Assembly: GCA_002104905.1 (NCBI GenBank)
Contig: MCFE01000587.1
Coordinates: 1-55,546, forward strand
Source: Basidiobolus meristosporus CBS 931.73
Taxonomy: Eukaryota > Fungi > Basidiobolomycota
Length of the DNA: 55,546 bases
Reading direction: 5' to 3'
The number at the start of each line of letters is the position of its first letter. The stretch's first letter is position 1. Positions 1-13,904 of this stretch are shown here, piece by piece. Below the pieces are notes generated by a model. That model was not told the DNA's origin and searched no databases. It saw only the letters and a list, made by a program, of their open reading frames with translations. Made by a program: the position numbers and the translations under genes.

Positions 1-50
1 GACTACATAAGCATATATATACGAAATGAGTGGTAGTTAAGTATGATCTG

Positions 51-110
51 GAGAGGAAAGAAGGGAAGGGGAGGGGGAGGAAGAAAGGGGAAGGGGAAGG
101 GGAGGAAAAA
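51..110. repeat. Polypurine low-complexity tract (GA/GGGA-rich) downstream of the importin beta stop
   Basis: Almost pure A/G run (ggagaggaaagaagggaaggggagggggaggaagaaagggg...) seen directly. Confidence 0.8.
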
Positions 111-187
111 GTGGTAGAATTTCATTAGAGTCTAGTTGAGATCATTCCTCGAACGGCGCCGTGGAGGAAAAAATATTAAAATGGGAT

Positions 188-3106
188 TTAGGAGGAGGCA
201 CGCTTAACCATCTCTCTAGCCCATTTAGCAACCTCCCGAGTAGCAGCAGAGGAATGTCTGCTGGATCTGCCCTCTTTCAAGCAAGTAGCTATCCAGCTAG
301 CGCTCAAAAGCTGTTTGATCTGTCCACCTGGGAAGGCCTCGGAGAGATCTCCAAGTAAGCCAATCATGCTTCTGGTGATGGACTCGGTTCTCTCGGAATC
401 GCTGTAAACCATACCCATGAAGGCGAAGATATGCTCGAGGTGAGGAAGAAGGAGAGCGACCTTATCTCCAGACTTGAGTCCCTGGGTGATACCGACATAT
501 GCCTCGATGATGCCCTCCCGGAGCTGGTTGATGTAATCAATCATATCATAAGAATTGGTTTGAACAACTGTCATACTGCAAGCTTGTTGAAGCATGCCCA
601 TGGAGACGTTCACGTAAGCTTCATAGTTGCCACCAATAGCCAAGGCGATATCTCCGAAGCAAGAAAGAATATTTGGCTTCACGTTACGGTGCAACACGGA
701 GCTTTGAAGGTTCTGAACAAGCAGAGTCATGAATGTGTCGCAGTATGGAAGGACTTGTTCACCAAGAGCTCTGCACACATCCCCAATAAGTCCCACAGCA
801 ATCGAGCAAAGTTGATGTTCCTCGTGGTTCTGAAGTGCAGAGTAGAGGAATGGTGAGAAGGACTCCAGGTAGCGGGCAAAATCACCCTCCAATGAGGTGG
901 TGATGGCACTGACGCAAAGGAAAATATCCTCCAAGATGGTAGACTGTTTGCCAGAGTTATTCAACAACTGGATCATGGTGGTCATGATTCTATCCGAGAT
1001 GGCAGCGATCTCCTTTCCGACCTTTCTAGAGATGTTGGTCAGAACGGCACAGAGATTGGACTGCAATTCCAAATGGTTATTTTTCTCGTCAATACCAATG
1101 ATTTGGTTTTGTTGCGCGATAGTAGCATCAAGTCTATCGAGGATTGCTACGGAGAGCTGAGAGATGATTGGAAGGCAATCTCTAGCGCTGGTGGTGACAA
1201 GAGTGGAAATGGCTTCATAGGCAGAAGTGCGAGCATTGGCCTCGTTGTTGCTAGTGTCAGTGATGCGCATGAGGGCAGTAATGACTCCTTCGAAGTAAGG
1301 AGAAAGTGCGTATGTGTCAGCATCGGGGTCGTCACCCAATTGCTCAGAGAGGGTCATTAATGACCAACAGCAGTTAGACACAATTCTTGGAGAATCAGTC
1401 AATCCTTGGACAAGTGCGGAGACCAAGCTATTCAGGTGCACATCAGGTTTGATGCATTCGATCAGACTGTCACAAACACGGCCCAAGGTCCAGGCAGCAG
1501 TGTCTTTGACTTGAACCACTTGATCATTCATTAATTCGAGCAATACTGGGAAGGCCTGGGCAACCAATGGCTCCAATAATTGAGCAGCAGGTCCGTTTAA
1601 GATGGACCCAAAAGCCATGACGGAAGCCTCACGGAATCTCCAATCGGGATTACGGATGTGACCCTCAACGAAAGGAATAACCAAGGAAACGATGTCATTC
1701 TCAACGCACTGTGCGAACAAGGAGAGACAGGTAGCAGCTGCCATAGCAATATTCCATTCATCTTCATCAGCATCTTCCTCCTGCTTGGTCAGGAGGTTGA
1801 GGAGGACAGGGATGATTTGTGGAAGTGCGATACGAGCAAAGTTGTGGCTAAAGCGCTCAGGCTGTTCGCCAAACTCAACGGCCTCAGCTGCCTCGATGGC
1901 AATTTCGATTTCCTCTTCACAAACGGTTGACCAGAATTCAACGGCTTGGAGAGAGACCTTCTCCTCTTCGTGGTTCATTCCGAAGATGGTCAATTTGAAA
2001 AGAGCCTGCTCCATGTAGAAGCCCATTTTATCGTAGTATAACTGCATGATACGGACTAGACATTCGAATGCAGCGGTCTGGACTTGGACTTCGGTAGATT
2101 GAGTGGCTTCGCAGACAACTTGCATGATATAGTTACGTTCACCCTCACGCTCAAAGTTCTCTCGAACGAACTCGAGAGAGTTGTGAAGTGCAGTGATGGC
2201 GGCATAGCGCACCTCGTTGCTTGGCTCTTCCTTGCGAGCACCAGTGACAACGGCAGTCAAGATTTGGTTAGCCTGAGTAGCAAGGATTTCGGGGTCGATG
2301 GTTTCACAGATAAAACCAATTGCTTGAAGAGTGGACTGTTTAAGGTTGGTGCTGTTGGTATTGGTAATATTGTCCAATAGAATCTTGATCAAATCGGGCC
2401 ATTGGGCACGAGGAACTTCAATGGCAGCAATAGCGGAGATAACCTATGGGGGTTGAATTATGCTTAGCCATTGACGGCTCTTGCCATTGTGTAGAAAGCG
2501 CTAAATACGAACCTGTGCAGCAACAGAACCGGCTTTGAGGTCAGGCGAAGCCAAAGTGTTCAACACCTGTAGCAAGAAGTGAGTCCGAGGTCATCTGGTG
2601 TCCGGGATAGAGACAATAAACTACTTACAGCCTGCTTTACTTGGGCCTTATTATTAGGGTCAATAGCCAGCCATCTCTGAGTCAACTCCTCCTTACGATG
2701 CTCCTCCTAAAAACCGGTTAGCAACTCAACCAACAGGAAGGGTGTAGTTTGTCGGCAAGTACCCTAGCAACAAGTGTATTTTTCAACGCCAGACCGGCTG
2801 CGGTTCTAATATGAGGCTGGGCTTGCTCGTTGGCAAGCTCTTGGCATAACAACACCACATATGCGGGCTAGAGAGATGAGCAACCGGTTAGTTAATCCAA
2901 CAATATGACACAGATGTAGAAAAATCCCATACGAAGTTATCCTTGGAAGCAACTTCAAGATGCTTAGTAGCCTCCTCACGGATGTGCTGGTCTGCGGAAA
3001 CAGGAGGAAAACGTTAGACACTACACAAAGCCATACACAACAAGTGAGCAAAAGCCGTACCAGGAGAGAGGGTATGAGCGAGAACTTCACCAAGATTAAA
3101 ACTCAT
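188..3106 (-). CDS. KAP95: Importin subunit beta-1 (karyopherin beta, HEAT repeats), multi-exon
   Basis: The long 3' exon has importin-beta HEAT motifs (DWRFREASVMAFGSILNGP, DEWNIAMAAATCLSLFA). Short 5' exons splice with canonical GT-AG to MSFNLGEVLAHTLSPDQHIREEA...ELANEQAQPHIRTAAGLALKN...EELTQRWLAID (IBN_N domain). ATG at 3104-3106. Confidence 0.95.
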
Positions 3107-3702
3107 TTTGTACAGAATTAAGCTATATGGCTAGAGATACTAAAGGTACTAGTCAAACAAGTTGAGGCTTGTTGCTAAAAGTTGAGAACGGAATATCGAG
3201 TTGCTAAATATTCCCTAGGAATCGTGAGACCATGTATTTGTTTGGCCCCACAGCAACGTATTCAAAATACTGGAGATCCCGGATCGAAATTTTTACCAAT
3301 AACAATGCAGATCAATTGAAAAATACGGGATTTTTTTGTTTACGAAGACGGATGATATTGAAAAAAAATCAATGCACGGAAATTGGTTGGTTTTATTCAG
3401 ATAATGTGATAATGCATTCCATATATGAAAAGTTCGGTTGGTTACGACAGCAGAGCAGCTAATTATCGATTGATTCCTATGGAATAGTAATAATGTTGTT
3501 GATGATGATGAGGATGATGGTACAAGCATGATTTGTCATATGGTAGATGAAGATGATTAATCAATCAGCACCGGATGGCATTGGGAATTATCAATCATGG
3601 TCAATTAAGGATTAATCCACACAACCACTTGTTTTGTTTATTTTTTGATGATATTTGATCCTTTAAAGGTGCTCTGCCTGTGGTAATTCCGGATAAACCA
3701 AT

Positions 3703-5055
3703 ATGCTTATAGGAGGAAAGCGTACTTCGTCGGACGAACCTTCGGATTCCCGTCAAACCCCCGGCGTGGAGGGGCTTCCAAGCAGCAGTAAGCGTCAGAA
3801 GATTCTTAGTCCCGTTGTGAGGGGAACTCCTACACCCAGTCGTGCCTCCGATAATTGGCTAATCTCGTGGGATACCCCGTCAACCAAGAACACAGATTCT
3901 AGCGTTCACAGAGCAAACGGCAGCACTAGAGGATGTTTGTTGGATTCAAGTGATGTCTTCGGCCCTGAAGATGAGCCAGCGTACACCGAGTACGAGGTTG
4001 AGCAGCTAAAAATAAACTTCGAAGAGCAACTGCAGCAAGAATTGGAATACTTACGTGCAGAGCTTGAGGAGGCTACTCGTGTCAGGGAGGATTTTGAGGA
4101 TAGGGTACTGGGTTTAAGGCTTCTTATGCTATAACTGGTTTCTAATTCATCACTAGATGATAAGAGCGACAGAGGAGGCTGATATCATCAGAGAAGAGAT
4201 TTTATCGATAGCTGGGGGTGAGGATGACAGTGGCATAGAGGCTGACGAAGCGTTGGAGCAAGAGATTGATTCTCTTGAAAGAGAATTGAAACGTCGAGAT
4301 CAAGACGCTGAGCTGTGGGATCAAGAGATCTTAGCACAGGCAGAGGAGGAAAGGAAAATTCAAGATATGGTTCATGAACAGGCTTCACTGCGTCAAGCGT
4401 TAGAGTTGGAAATGTCGGATAAAAAAGGTAAAGCAATCACCGCAAACAATCGATGGGTTTTCGACTAACCCCATTTGCCAGAAAAATATGAGGCAGATCT
4501 TACGCTTTCGACCATGGAGATTGACGTTCTCAAGGAGTCCTTTCAGGACACTCAGGCTGAGACAGCTCGTATACGCAAGGTGTTTGCACAGCTCAAAGAA
4601 AGATACGACAAACTCAAGAAAGTCTACGAGTCTACACGGAGGGTACTTGCTTGTGGTTGATTCTAAACTATCCATTGCTGACCTCATGTCTTTAGAATGA
4701 AGAGAACCTCGCCAATACAATTCGTAGGCTACAGCAGGATGTGCAGACATCCGAGGAACGCGTTTCAATCCTCAAAACCTATCGAGGCCAGCTTTCTGGA
4801 GAGTGAGTATTTTGTGTAGCCGATGCTTCTCAATGCTGATGCTAACTAGCCTGAAGGGCTGATATGCGTATAGCGCAAGAACGTTCAAAGTACCAGAGCG
4901 ATATCATGGATTACAAAGCAAGGCTTCAGGCGACCCTGGAGGAGGCAATTCAGATGAAGGATGGCTTCGACAATCTGATATCTCAGTTGTCATTGATTAA
5001 CGAGAATGTGGATGACGATGAAGAACTCGACATGTCTCAATCCTACACACAATGA
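3703..5055 (+). CDS. TACC-domain coiled-coil protein (Alp7/TACC3-like spindle or spindle-pole adaptor), about 5 exons
   Basis: Joining the fragment ORFs across GT-AG introns gives an S/TP-rich basic N-terminus, then a coiled coil ending VFAQLKERYDKLKKVYESTRR|NEENL...ADMRIAQERSKYQSD...FDNLISQL. This matches the TACC C-terminal pattern as I recall it. The last acceptor (aag at about 4857) is inferred. Confidence 0.62.
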
Positions 5056-5220
5056 ATGCACTTGAAGCTTAATGGTCATTTCTCTCCCGTGTATATTATT
5101 CTGCATATTAATCTGTGAAGCTTGAACAATGTGAATCGAATAAAAGTTCAACATGTGTTATTTATGTTAATTGATCAGCAAATTGTGAAATGGTCTAAAA
5201 TTTCAATGTTCAACGGTGAC

Positions 5221-6329
5221 ATGTCTCTTGTGGCCCCTATATCGTCATCGAAAACAGAAGGTCTGGTAGCCCGTTGGGCTGTCAATACCTCCAAATGGAG
5301 CCCTTCCGAGGAGGTATGTAGTTGTATTCTATACTGTTTGAAGCTTTCGCGGAAATACTCTTCAGTTCAGTGTTGTTAACCCTTCATGTCTCCTAGGAAT
5401 TTGAGTACTTACTAAGAAAGGTCCAGCCAGAAGAGCAGCAACGAATTAGAAAATTCCACTTCAAAAGGGACGCAAAGTTGGCGCTGGCTGGTCGCCTTTT
5501 GCAGCGTCGCTTTGTTCAAGACTACTTTGAGGTGGAGTGGAAAGATGTGGTTCTAATTAGAACTCCAGAAGGAAGACCCGCTTTGGTATGTATCGAAATA
5601 ACTTGTATATAGGGGCTTCAGGTATTTATTACTGCAAAATTCTTCACAGCAAACACCTTCTCCTATCCTGCCTAGTGGGGCGAAAGTGGACTTCAATATA
5701 TCCCACCATGGGGACTGGGTAGTGTTCGTGGCTGCAGTCGACTATGCAGTGGGCGTGGATGTAGTGCAAGTCAAGCCACCCAGCGAACCACTGGAAAAAT
5801 ACTTTGAAGCCTTTACGGAGCTAGTGAGTACGCTTCCGACTGAAAGCATGCTCCAATGATACTGATGGGATGCTTAATTACTCTAGTTCAGCGATTTTGA
5901 GTGGAAAAACATTAGAGCGGGAAACTCTACGGAGGATATGTTGATGAGATTCTTTCGACACTGGAGTCTCAAAGAAAGCTTTGTCAAGGCTATTGGAACC
6001 GGGTTAAGCTTTGATTTAAATCGCGTGGAATTCAACGAGAGCCAGGAAGGAGACTGGAAGGTAAAGCATCGCTCACATACAAGAATGTGCAATGAATGGC
6101 ATTTAATGGATGTAAATAGGCCAACACCAACTGCATCGTCAAGGTTGATAAGACCATACAAAACAACTGGCGTTTCGAGCAGACTACACTCGACGATATT
6201 CATTGGGTTTCTGTGTGTCTTGGAAGACCAGATGCCACATCGTTGCCCGAAGAAAATGCTGCAAGTGCACCCCAATTTGACATTTTGCTACCGTCGCAGC
6301 TCTACTCACCAGCCTATCCATCGGAATAA
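5221..6329 (+). CDS. LYS5: Sfp-type 4'-phosphopantetheinyl transferase (Lys5/NpgA/AASDHPPT-like), multi-exon
   Basis: The spliced product contains FNISHHGDWVV, AVGVDVV and FFRHWSLKESFVKAIGTGL, which are PPTase signature motifs, plus RDAKLALAGRLL and GRPAL. Confidence 0.88.
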
Positions 6330-6570
6330 ATAAATCCATTTGAATTAAAATAATCTAGCTGGCATAAACTTCATCATGAATGACATTGAGAGCTCTGATT
6401 GGAGGTTTTTGGCCAGCATTGTAGTATCTCTCATGACGAGAATGGCCGGATATGAGGGTTGATGGACGATACGTGGCAATCTATTCGCTGCTAACTAGGG
6501 AAATTGGTAGCCTATACCTTCAATAACAACCAACCCGGCGCACAAGTTGGTTTTCGTTCCCTCCTACAAC

Positions 6571-8008
6571 ATGAGGTTCAACACAGCCATATTGTTTTTT
6601 GTGGCTCTTCTTTCTTGTCAAGCGTTTCAAGTACCTCAACATGTCGTTAACTCCAACCTGATTCGTACCATCGACTTGACTAGCTCTGCCGTTCAAGAGA
6701 CTATTGCTGTCGCTATTATCAATCAACACACAGAACCAGTTAACGAGTACTTTGTTGCACTTCCAAACAACATGAAGCAACATTTGGCACACATCTCTGC
6801 CAAGGAAAAGCAAACCTCGGCCCTCCTCCCCGTTTCTGTTGGTCAATATGATCCTGACACTCAGAGCGTTTACTATAAAGTAGATTTCGCTGCTCCCCTC
6901 GCTCCCAAGGAGAAGCTGGTGGTTGTCATCACTTTAAGTTATACCCATGTTTTGACTCCCTTCCCTGCCGAGGTGCCACAGAATGGAAAGCCTTTGTACC
7001 TTTTCACAGGGAACGTTTTGACTTACTCGCCTTATCGCACAGAAAAGCAAAAGACCAACGTCAAGTAAGTATTTGCTTGGAAATCTTCGCGGAATGTATA
7101 CTGACGCGTTTCGAAGGCTTCCCCATGCGTCTGTTGAGTCTTATACCCATACAGAGCCCGTTGAAGTCAAGGGAGCCAAACTCGTTTATGGACCTTTTGC
7201 TCCTCAAGAGCCATTTGCATTCAGCCCCCTCCGAGTTCATTTTGAAAAGATCCTTCCGATTTTGACTCTCACCAATGTTCGCAGAGATATCGAGGTCAGC
7301 CATTGGGGCAATAACTTAGCCATCGAAGAGCACCAAAACATTAGACATGATGGAGCCAAATTGAAAGGCTTCTTCTCTCGCCTGGATTTCCAAAAATCAG
7401 TGATGTATCAACAGAACCCTCCATCTGCACTCTATTCTTTGAAAACCGCTTTCCCGCCCTCTGCCAGCGATGTGTATTTCAGAGATGAGATTGGTAATGT
7501 TTCGACATCACGCTACGTTGCCTCGAAGGATAGCTTTTTCTTGGATATGAGACCTCGTTACCCTATATTGGGTGGCTGGAATTATACCTGGTATCATGGA
7601 TATAACCTTCCTCTGGAGCAGCATTTGAAAGTAGACAATGGTCGCTATCATTTGAAGGTTGCGTTTGTGGGACCCATCAACGATGCGGTAATGGACGATG
7701 TCGAGGTGAGAATTATCCTGCCTGAGGGGGCTGAAAACGTCGAGGTATCAAGCCCATTTGATATCGACAGAACCGAACATAGCACACATTTTACCTATTT
7801 CGATACCACCGGAAGATATATGCTGGTGTTGAGAAAGAAAAATGTCGTCGCCGAGCATTTCCAAAACATCCTTATTAGCTATGACTACCCCACCATCCGA
7901 CTTCTTCAAAAGCCTCTAGCTGCTTCGACTTTCTTTTTCGTGGCGTTTGTGCTGAGCATGATTGTCTCCAGAACCGAATTCTTCATTTCAAAGAAGAAAA
8001 CCGCTTAA
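6571..8008 (+). CDS. OST1: Oligosaccharyltransferase subunit ribophorin I
   Basis: Signal peptide MRFNTAILFFVALLSCQA, motifs EVSHWGNNLAIEE, YFRDEIGNVSTS and RPRYPILGGW, and a C-terminal TM helix. One intron at about 7066-7116. Confidence 0.95.
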
Positions 8009-8776
8009 ATCGGCCACTTCCGTTTGTTTTCTTTGTCAATGCACAATCTCCCTTTAGTCATTAAACTCAATTCGATGAGATAACATATCGTGTGATTGTT
8101 AACGTCGGAACTGATACGCCTTGTATGCCTGGGATTCTTCTATTAAGCCACTCCAGGACTTGAGAACTTCGAGCCACCATCTAATAAATTAACTACAGTG
8201 CTCAAGGTTTACCTGTGGTGGTCGTCAGATTCCTGCGAGATATATGCGATGATTTAGAACCAATCAGCACACGTGGCCAAGTTTCTCTAATCATGCAAAT
8301 AGGCAATTACCCCAGATATGCACGAATTGGTGGCATTGGGGAAGAAAATGCGGTGAAATAAGTATAGTACGGTCGCTCCTTGCTACTTACGTCAACACAA
8401 TAGCGCACTTTTATATTCGATTATAATATGATTTTGATTTCCCGCAGTAGGTGGGAATATTTCACCATCGACCTCAACACATCCGCTTTCGCACTCGCAC
8501 CCGCACGCGTACGCTATTTTAATTATCCATAATGACGAGTGGGACTGACCAATTTTGCAAATTTGATCTTAATGTCTGGACTTCGATTTAAGCTTGGATA
8601 GTTATCTCTGTCTTCTAGCCATCAAACTACAAACACATACTTTATTCAGACAATAATCCAAGAAGAGAAAGATACTAGACCTTTGTATCGAAAGACCTAA
8701 AATTCCCCCCTATCTCACCCTTCTTTGCTGGTCCCTTCTTACTTGTATCTCTTGGATATTTGCGTTTTCTAGTCAC

Positions 8777-11774
8777 ATGCACGCTTCCTTCTTCGCTAGC
8801 CTTCCCCCGCAGGTCTGGGCAGAATTAAATACTTTTTATTTGCGGAAAATCTCTGTACTAAACCCACCACGCCATTTCTACCCTCAGATTAATTTGTTGA
8901 TTTCAGAAGCATCTGTGCACCTCAATTCCTTCAAAATCCCCTCTTTAACCGGCAAGCCTAGCAATTTCAAGTTCCCTAATAGAGCTAGCTTAAATCGAGT
9001 ACAAGAGGTAGAGCTTAGTCGCATATCACTTAGCACTTACCCGGGAAGTAGAATCTGACCTTATTGATTCTACTTTTGATGTTTAGACTCTCCATGAATT
9101 ACCGGAGTGTATACGTCTGAGCCGACAAGTTCGAAGCTCGGCGACCTCGGGTCTTGCACAAGCCACAAAGCTTCTGCAGAGTACGAATTCTCTAAAGCAA
9201 CTAGATGCCAAACAGATCTTATCGCCCACTCATGGTTGGTCCTAGCATGCTGAATACAAGCCAACGATTCAACTGACTCTTAGGTTCAATAGGTGCTTTC
9301 GGCATGCCTTTGCTCACTACCAAACCTCTGAGGCTACTCCCTGACCCACAACAGAGTGCGAGATCATTGTCACCCGTCTATAGTTTATGGAGAGCAGGTT
9401 CGTTACTTCCGGAACTTTCGCCGCGCCAGCTTGATATTTAAACGAGCCCGGTACATATAGCATTTCGCGTGCCAAATGTCGCTCCAAGACGACACTATTC
9501 GCCTTTTCGCTTCGTAAATCAACGGAGACTCGCGAAACTAGAATCAGAAGCGAACAGCGCTCCAGAAAATGCCAAGAAGCAGGCCATATATTACAAGGTA
9601 TTGCCTTTGGTAGATTAAACAGTTGTCTGCGACTGCGCACTAAGAATTTTTCTCAGGAATTGATCAGTGCGGACTTTCCTGATATTATAATCAGACGATT
9701 CGAATCCAACAAATTCGCCTATGATAACGATTGTTTGACGCTTTACTCAAAAGCACTCGCCCGAACCGATCAGGTGGACAAAATCGTCCCTAGCCTACTC
9801 CAGAAGATCAAAAAGAACGGAGAAGTGGCGACTCTTGCCAGCGGCGAAGGAGGTAATGACTCGTTGAAATGCAACATTAGCGGACCACCTAACTGACCAT
9901 CCTTTAGTTCCCAAGGCCACAGTGGAAAGTATTGTTCAATCAGTCGTCGGTGGACCTGGAAAAACGGTACGAATTGAAAATCCCGGAAGCCTTTCGTCTG
10001 GCGTAGGGATCAAAGAGAACCCCATTCATGTAGTCGTTGACGAAGGTTAGTAGCACGCGCATTTGATTGGTCTGTTTGTGGGGCTGCATACTAAATCAGC
10101 TCTCCTTTGTGCCACAGCTCGTGGATTCATGTTCTGGAGAGCTCTGCGCTGGGTTGGTGTTACCTTCACTTATGCTTTCTGCATATTAACCTTTTTGAGT
10201 CTGGCTCTGGAGAATTCTGGACTATTGAAAGCTGCTAACAATCAAACCGAATACGAACCAAGCACCCAGTCGGTAGTCAAGTTCTCTGATGTCCAGGGAG
10301 TGGAGGAGGCTAAACAAGAGCTCCAAGAGATCGTCGAATTTCTCAAGAACCCATCAAAGTTCTCGGAATTGGGCGGAAGACTACCCAAGGGTGTACTGCT
10401 CACTGGCCCACCTGGTACAGGCAAGACACTACTAGCCCGTGCCGTTGCCGGTGAGGCAGGGGTTCCCTTTTTCTTCATGTCCGGATCGGAATTTGATGAG
10501 ATGTATGTTGGTGTCGGCGCAAGGAGGATCCGGGAGTTATTCGCCGCCGCCAGGCGTAAGGCACCCAGCATTGTTTTCATTGATGAGATCGACGCCATCG
10601 GCTCCAAGCGTAACCCGAAAGATCAGACATACATGAAGCAAACCCTGAATCAGCTATTGGTCGACCTCGATGGGTTCTCCCAAACTGAAGGGGTGATATT
10701 CATCGCCGCCACCAATTTCCCCGAGCTTCTCGACAAAGCACTTGTTCGTCCGGGCAGATTCGATAGAAATGTCAACGTGCCCCTTCCAGATGTCCGCGGC
10801 CGTATCGCCATTTTGGAGCATCACATGCACAACGTTCAAGCCGACAAGGAGGTCGACATCAGCATTATTGCAAGAGGCACTCCCGGATTTTCCGGTGCTG
10901 ACCTTGCCAACCTGGTCAACCAAGCGGCCATTCAGGCCTCTAGAGAAGGAGGAAAGGTTGTCAATTTGAAACACTTTGAGCATGCCAAGGACAAGATCAT
11001 CATGGGAGCTGAACGTAGATCAGCGGTGATCACGGAAGAGAGCAAGCTGCTGACCGCCTATCATGAAGGCGGACATGCCTTAGTTGCTTACTATACTCCA
11101 GGTACAGTCAGAGAAAGCCTGTGATTCACTGATCGGCCATTAACAATGCCTCCACAGGTGCCATGCCACTTCACAAGGCAACCATCATGCCTCGAGGTCA
11201 GAGTCTCGGAATGGTAAGTCCCACTCAGCAGCAATTGATGGAGAATGTGAACTGTGAACTGATCATCGTGAATAGACTGTGCAATTGCCAGAAATGGATA
11301 AAGATTCGTACTCTCGCAAGGAGTACCAAGCAATGCTCGACGTCTGCATGGGTGGAAGAGTCGCCGAGGAGTTGATATTTGGAAGTGAAAATGTCACTTC
11401 GGGTGCGCACAATGATATCATGAAGGCCACGGATGTAGCCAAGCGGATGGTGACCCAATTCGGGATGAGCGAAAAGGTCGGCCCGGTCTCAATCTCGGAG
11501 GACGAGATGAGCCAACTGAGCACTCAAACCAAAATGGTCGTTGAGGGAGAAATCCGTACTTTTGTTGAGGTAATGATTCATTCAAGCCTGGCTCGCTGTG
11601 CAACTGACACTCACGCTAGCCTTTTTTCACCAGATGGCCCAGACGCGTGCCAACAACATCTTGAAGACGCACAAGGAGGAGCTCCATCGTTTAGCCAAGG
11701 CTTTGATCGAGTACGAAACACTGGACCAAGCCGAGATCGAGGCAGCCATCAAAGGAAAGCCCATTGTACGATAA
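8777..11774 (+). CDS. YME1: Mitochondrial i-AAA metalloprotease (FtsH family), multi-exon
   Basis: Walker A GPPGTGKT, Walker [23 protein letters not shown], and HEGGH zinc motif. N-terminal exons ([31 protein letters not shown]) splice in frame from the ATG at 8777. The start is less certain than the rest. Confidence 0.93.
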
Positions 11775-12163
11775 TTTTATCTTGCATTCACCACCACAAC
11801 CCCCTCAGTATTTACTATTGTCACGACACATCCTTTTAATATCCAAAAGATTATTCCCATTCGTATGTTCAAAGTTTTATAAGAGTACTTTAAATGATAT
11901 AATTCTGGGCCAATACTGAGTCATCCAAATAAACCATCTCGGGCATCTTCAATGGCTCCGTTCCAGTGGTGTAGTGCAGTGCAGTGCAGTGTGCTTGCAA
12001 GAGAGTGGAATGGAATGTTCATCAGCGACCACCAAAAAGAAAAATACAACCTCGTCTTGACAAATCGGTAAAAAAAACCCACTCGCAGCCAATGAATCGC
12101 TCTCGATCTTGTCTAACAACTGGTTAAAATTCTTGGTAGTCGCTCGAGGGGACGGAATTCACG

Positions 12164-13551
12164 ATGTCTACTGAGAACCAAGAGCAGAAGAAAACCGCTT
12201 CCAGCGCTCAGGATATCCAAAATCCACAGGACACCAGCAAATTTGGAAGTCGGTTGCTTGTGGACGACGAGCAGGTGTTTGCTCACAACGCCTGGTGAGT
12301 TTCTTCACCCATTGCACTTGGTTGTCGTTGCTTCAAAGGATTTTTCTGATTCTTCCCTATCGCAAGTATAGGGATCATGTTGAATGGGATAGCGACCAGG
12401 AAAAACAGGCAAAAGAAAAGGTAGCAAAGCAGGCCGAGAACCCGGTCTCTGACGAGTTGAAAGGTATATCCCTAGACGATTTACCCTTTCACACTCACGA
12501 GCATGAGATTTATTTGTTCTCGAATACTGTTAGAAAAATATGATGCTGAAGCGGCCAATTTTTGGGATAAATTCTACGCGAAAAATGAAAACAAGTTCTT
12601 TAAGGACCGTCACTGGCTCAAAATAGAATTCCCAGAGCTATTCAGCTCCGAAGAGAGCTATGTACCGTCAATTCAATCCACATCACTCAAATGCTTTTCA
12701 TTGACGAGATCTGCTATTCACAGAAAGAGCGTTTCAACGTAATGGAGATTGGATGTGGTGCTGGTAATACCATGTTTCCCCTGCTGGCCGAGAACAAAGA
12801 TCCCAATTTGTTTGTCTATGGTTGCGACTTCTCGAGTGTTGCTGTAGATGTTGTGAAGGTAAATATCTCTCCACAACGAAGGATAGGTCGGTCAGAAACG
12901 CTGATTCTCGAATAGAATAGTCCCAACTACAACGAAGACAGAAGCAAGGCCTTCGTTTGGGATCTCACCGACACAAACCTTCCAGAATGTGTTGAACCTG
13001 GTTCCATCGATGTGATTGTCTTGGTTTTCGTAGTCTCAGCTATAAATCCCAAGTGTTGGAATCAAGTCGTTACCAACTTGAACAAGGTATGTGTCTATTT
13101 GCCAACGCTATCTCTTTACTGTGCACTAACATAAGCTGGTAAATAGTTGCTCAAGCCTGGAGGAAGAATCCTTTTCAGAGGTATTTGCTCACGCGCAGGC
13201 CAACCAATCGTGGCGATGTTAATTTACGACGTATATTTTAGACTACGGGCGTTATGACCTGGCCCAACTTCGCTTCAAGGGTGGCCGGTACTTGGATGAG
13301 AATTTCTACGTCAGAGGAGACGGAACTCAGGTTTATTTCTTCACATCAGGTATGAGAAACCTCACCAATCCATCGAAACAGCCTCCTAACATCAGCTACT
13401 AGAGGAAATCCAGAGCCTCTTTGGAGAGAAGTTCACGATCGAACAGAATGCCGTTGATAGACGGTTGATCGTCAATCGTCATCGTAAGCTAAAAATGTAT
13501 CGGGTGTGGCTGCAGGGTAAATTCATCAAGCCCTCCCAAGCGGACAGCTAA
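12164..13551 (+). CDS. TRM140: tRNA N3-methylcytidine methyltransferase (METTL2/Trm140 family), multi-exon
   Basis: Spliced motifs FAHNAW|DHVEW, WDKFY...[39 protein letters not shown] and YRVWLQGKF. Confidence 0.9.
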
Positions 13552-13904
13552 TATTCCATCGAGAAGCAAAACTACACTATTGTTAATATCTCTCGTTCAA
13601 TAAATATTCGTGGTTTCCGTAATCACGCTTAGACACCTACTCCTTACGTCACCAATCGATTTACTCGAGTTCGGATGAGGTTCGAATGACATAGCCTTGG
13701 TACCTTTTGGTGATTAGATTCTCTCTCATATTTACTGACAGAACCACTTGGAACACCATTTATAGCATTAACCATTTCTCACGTGATATACCCGAGGAGT
13801 TTGAATCCATCCTTCGTTGATTAGCTAGCCAATTCCTCGTGAAAGAAAACTACACTAACTCTCCAAAAACCAATCGTCAACCAAAATCCATCCTCACGTT
13901 TCCA

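Noticed and set aside
431-2380. Many 60-140 aa antisense or alternate-frame ORFs over importin beta, and likewise over ADE5,7, YME1 and the transporters
   Set aside because: They are shadows of real coding sequence and have no recognisable motifs.
5221-6329. The PPTase as a marker of an NRPS/PKS cluster
   Set aside because: No carrier-protein, NRPS or PKS gene is nearby, and the neighbours are housekeeping genes, which fits a stand-alone Lys5-type enzyme.
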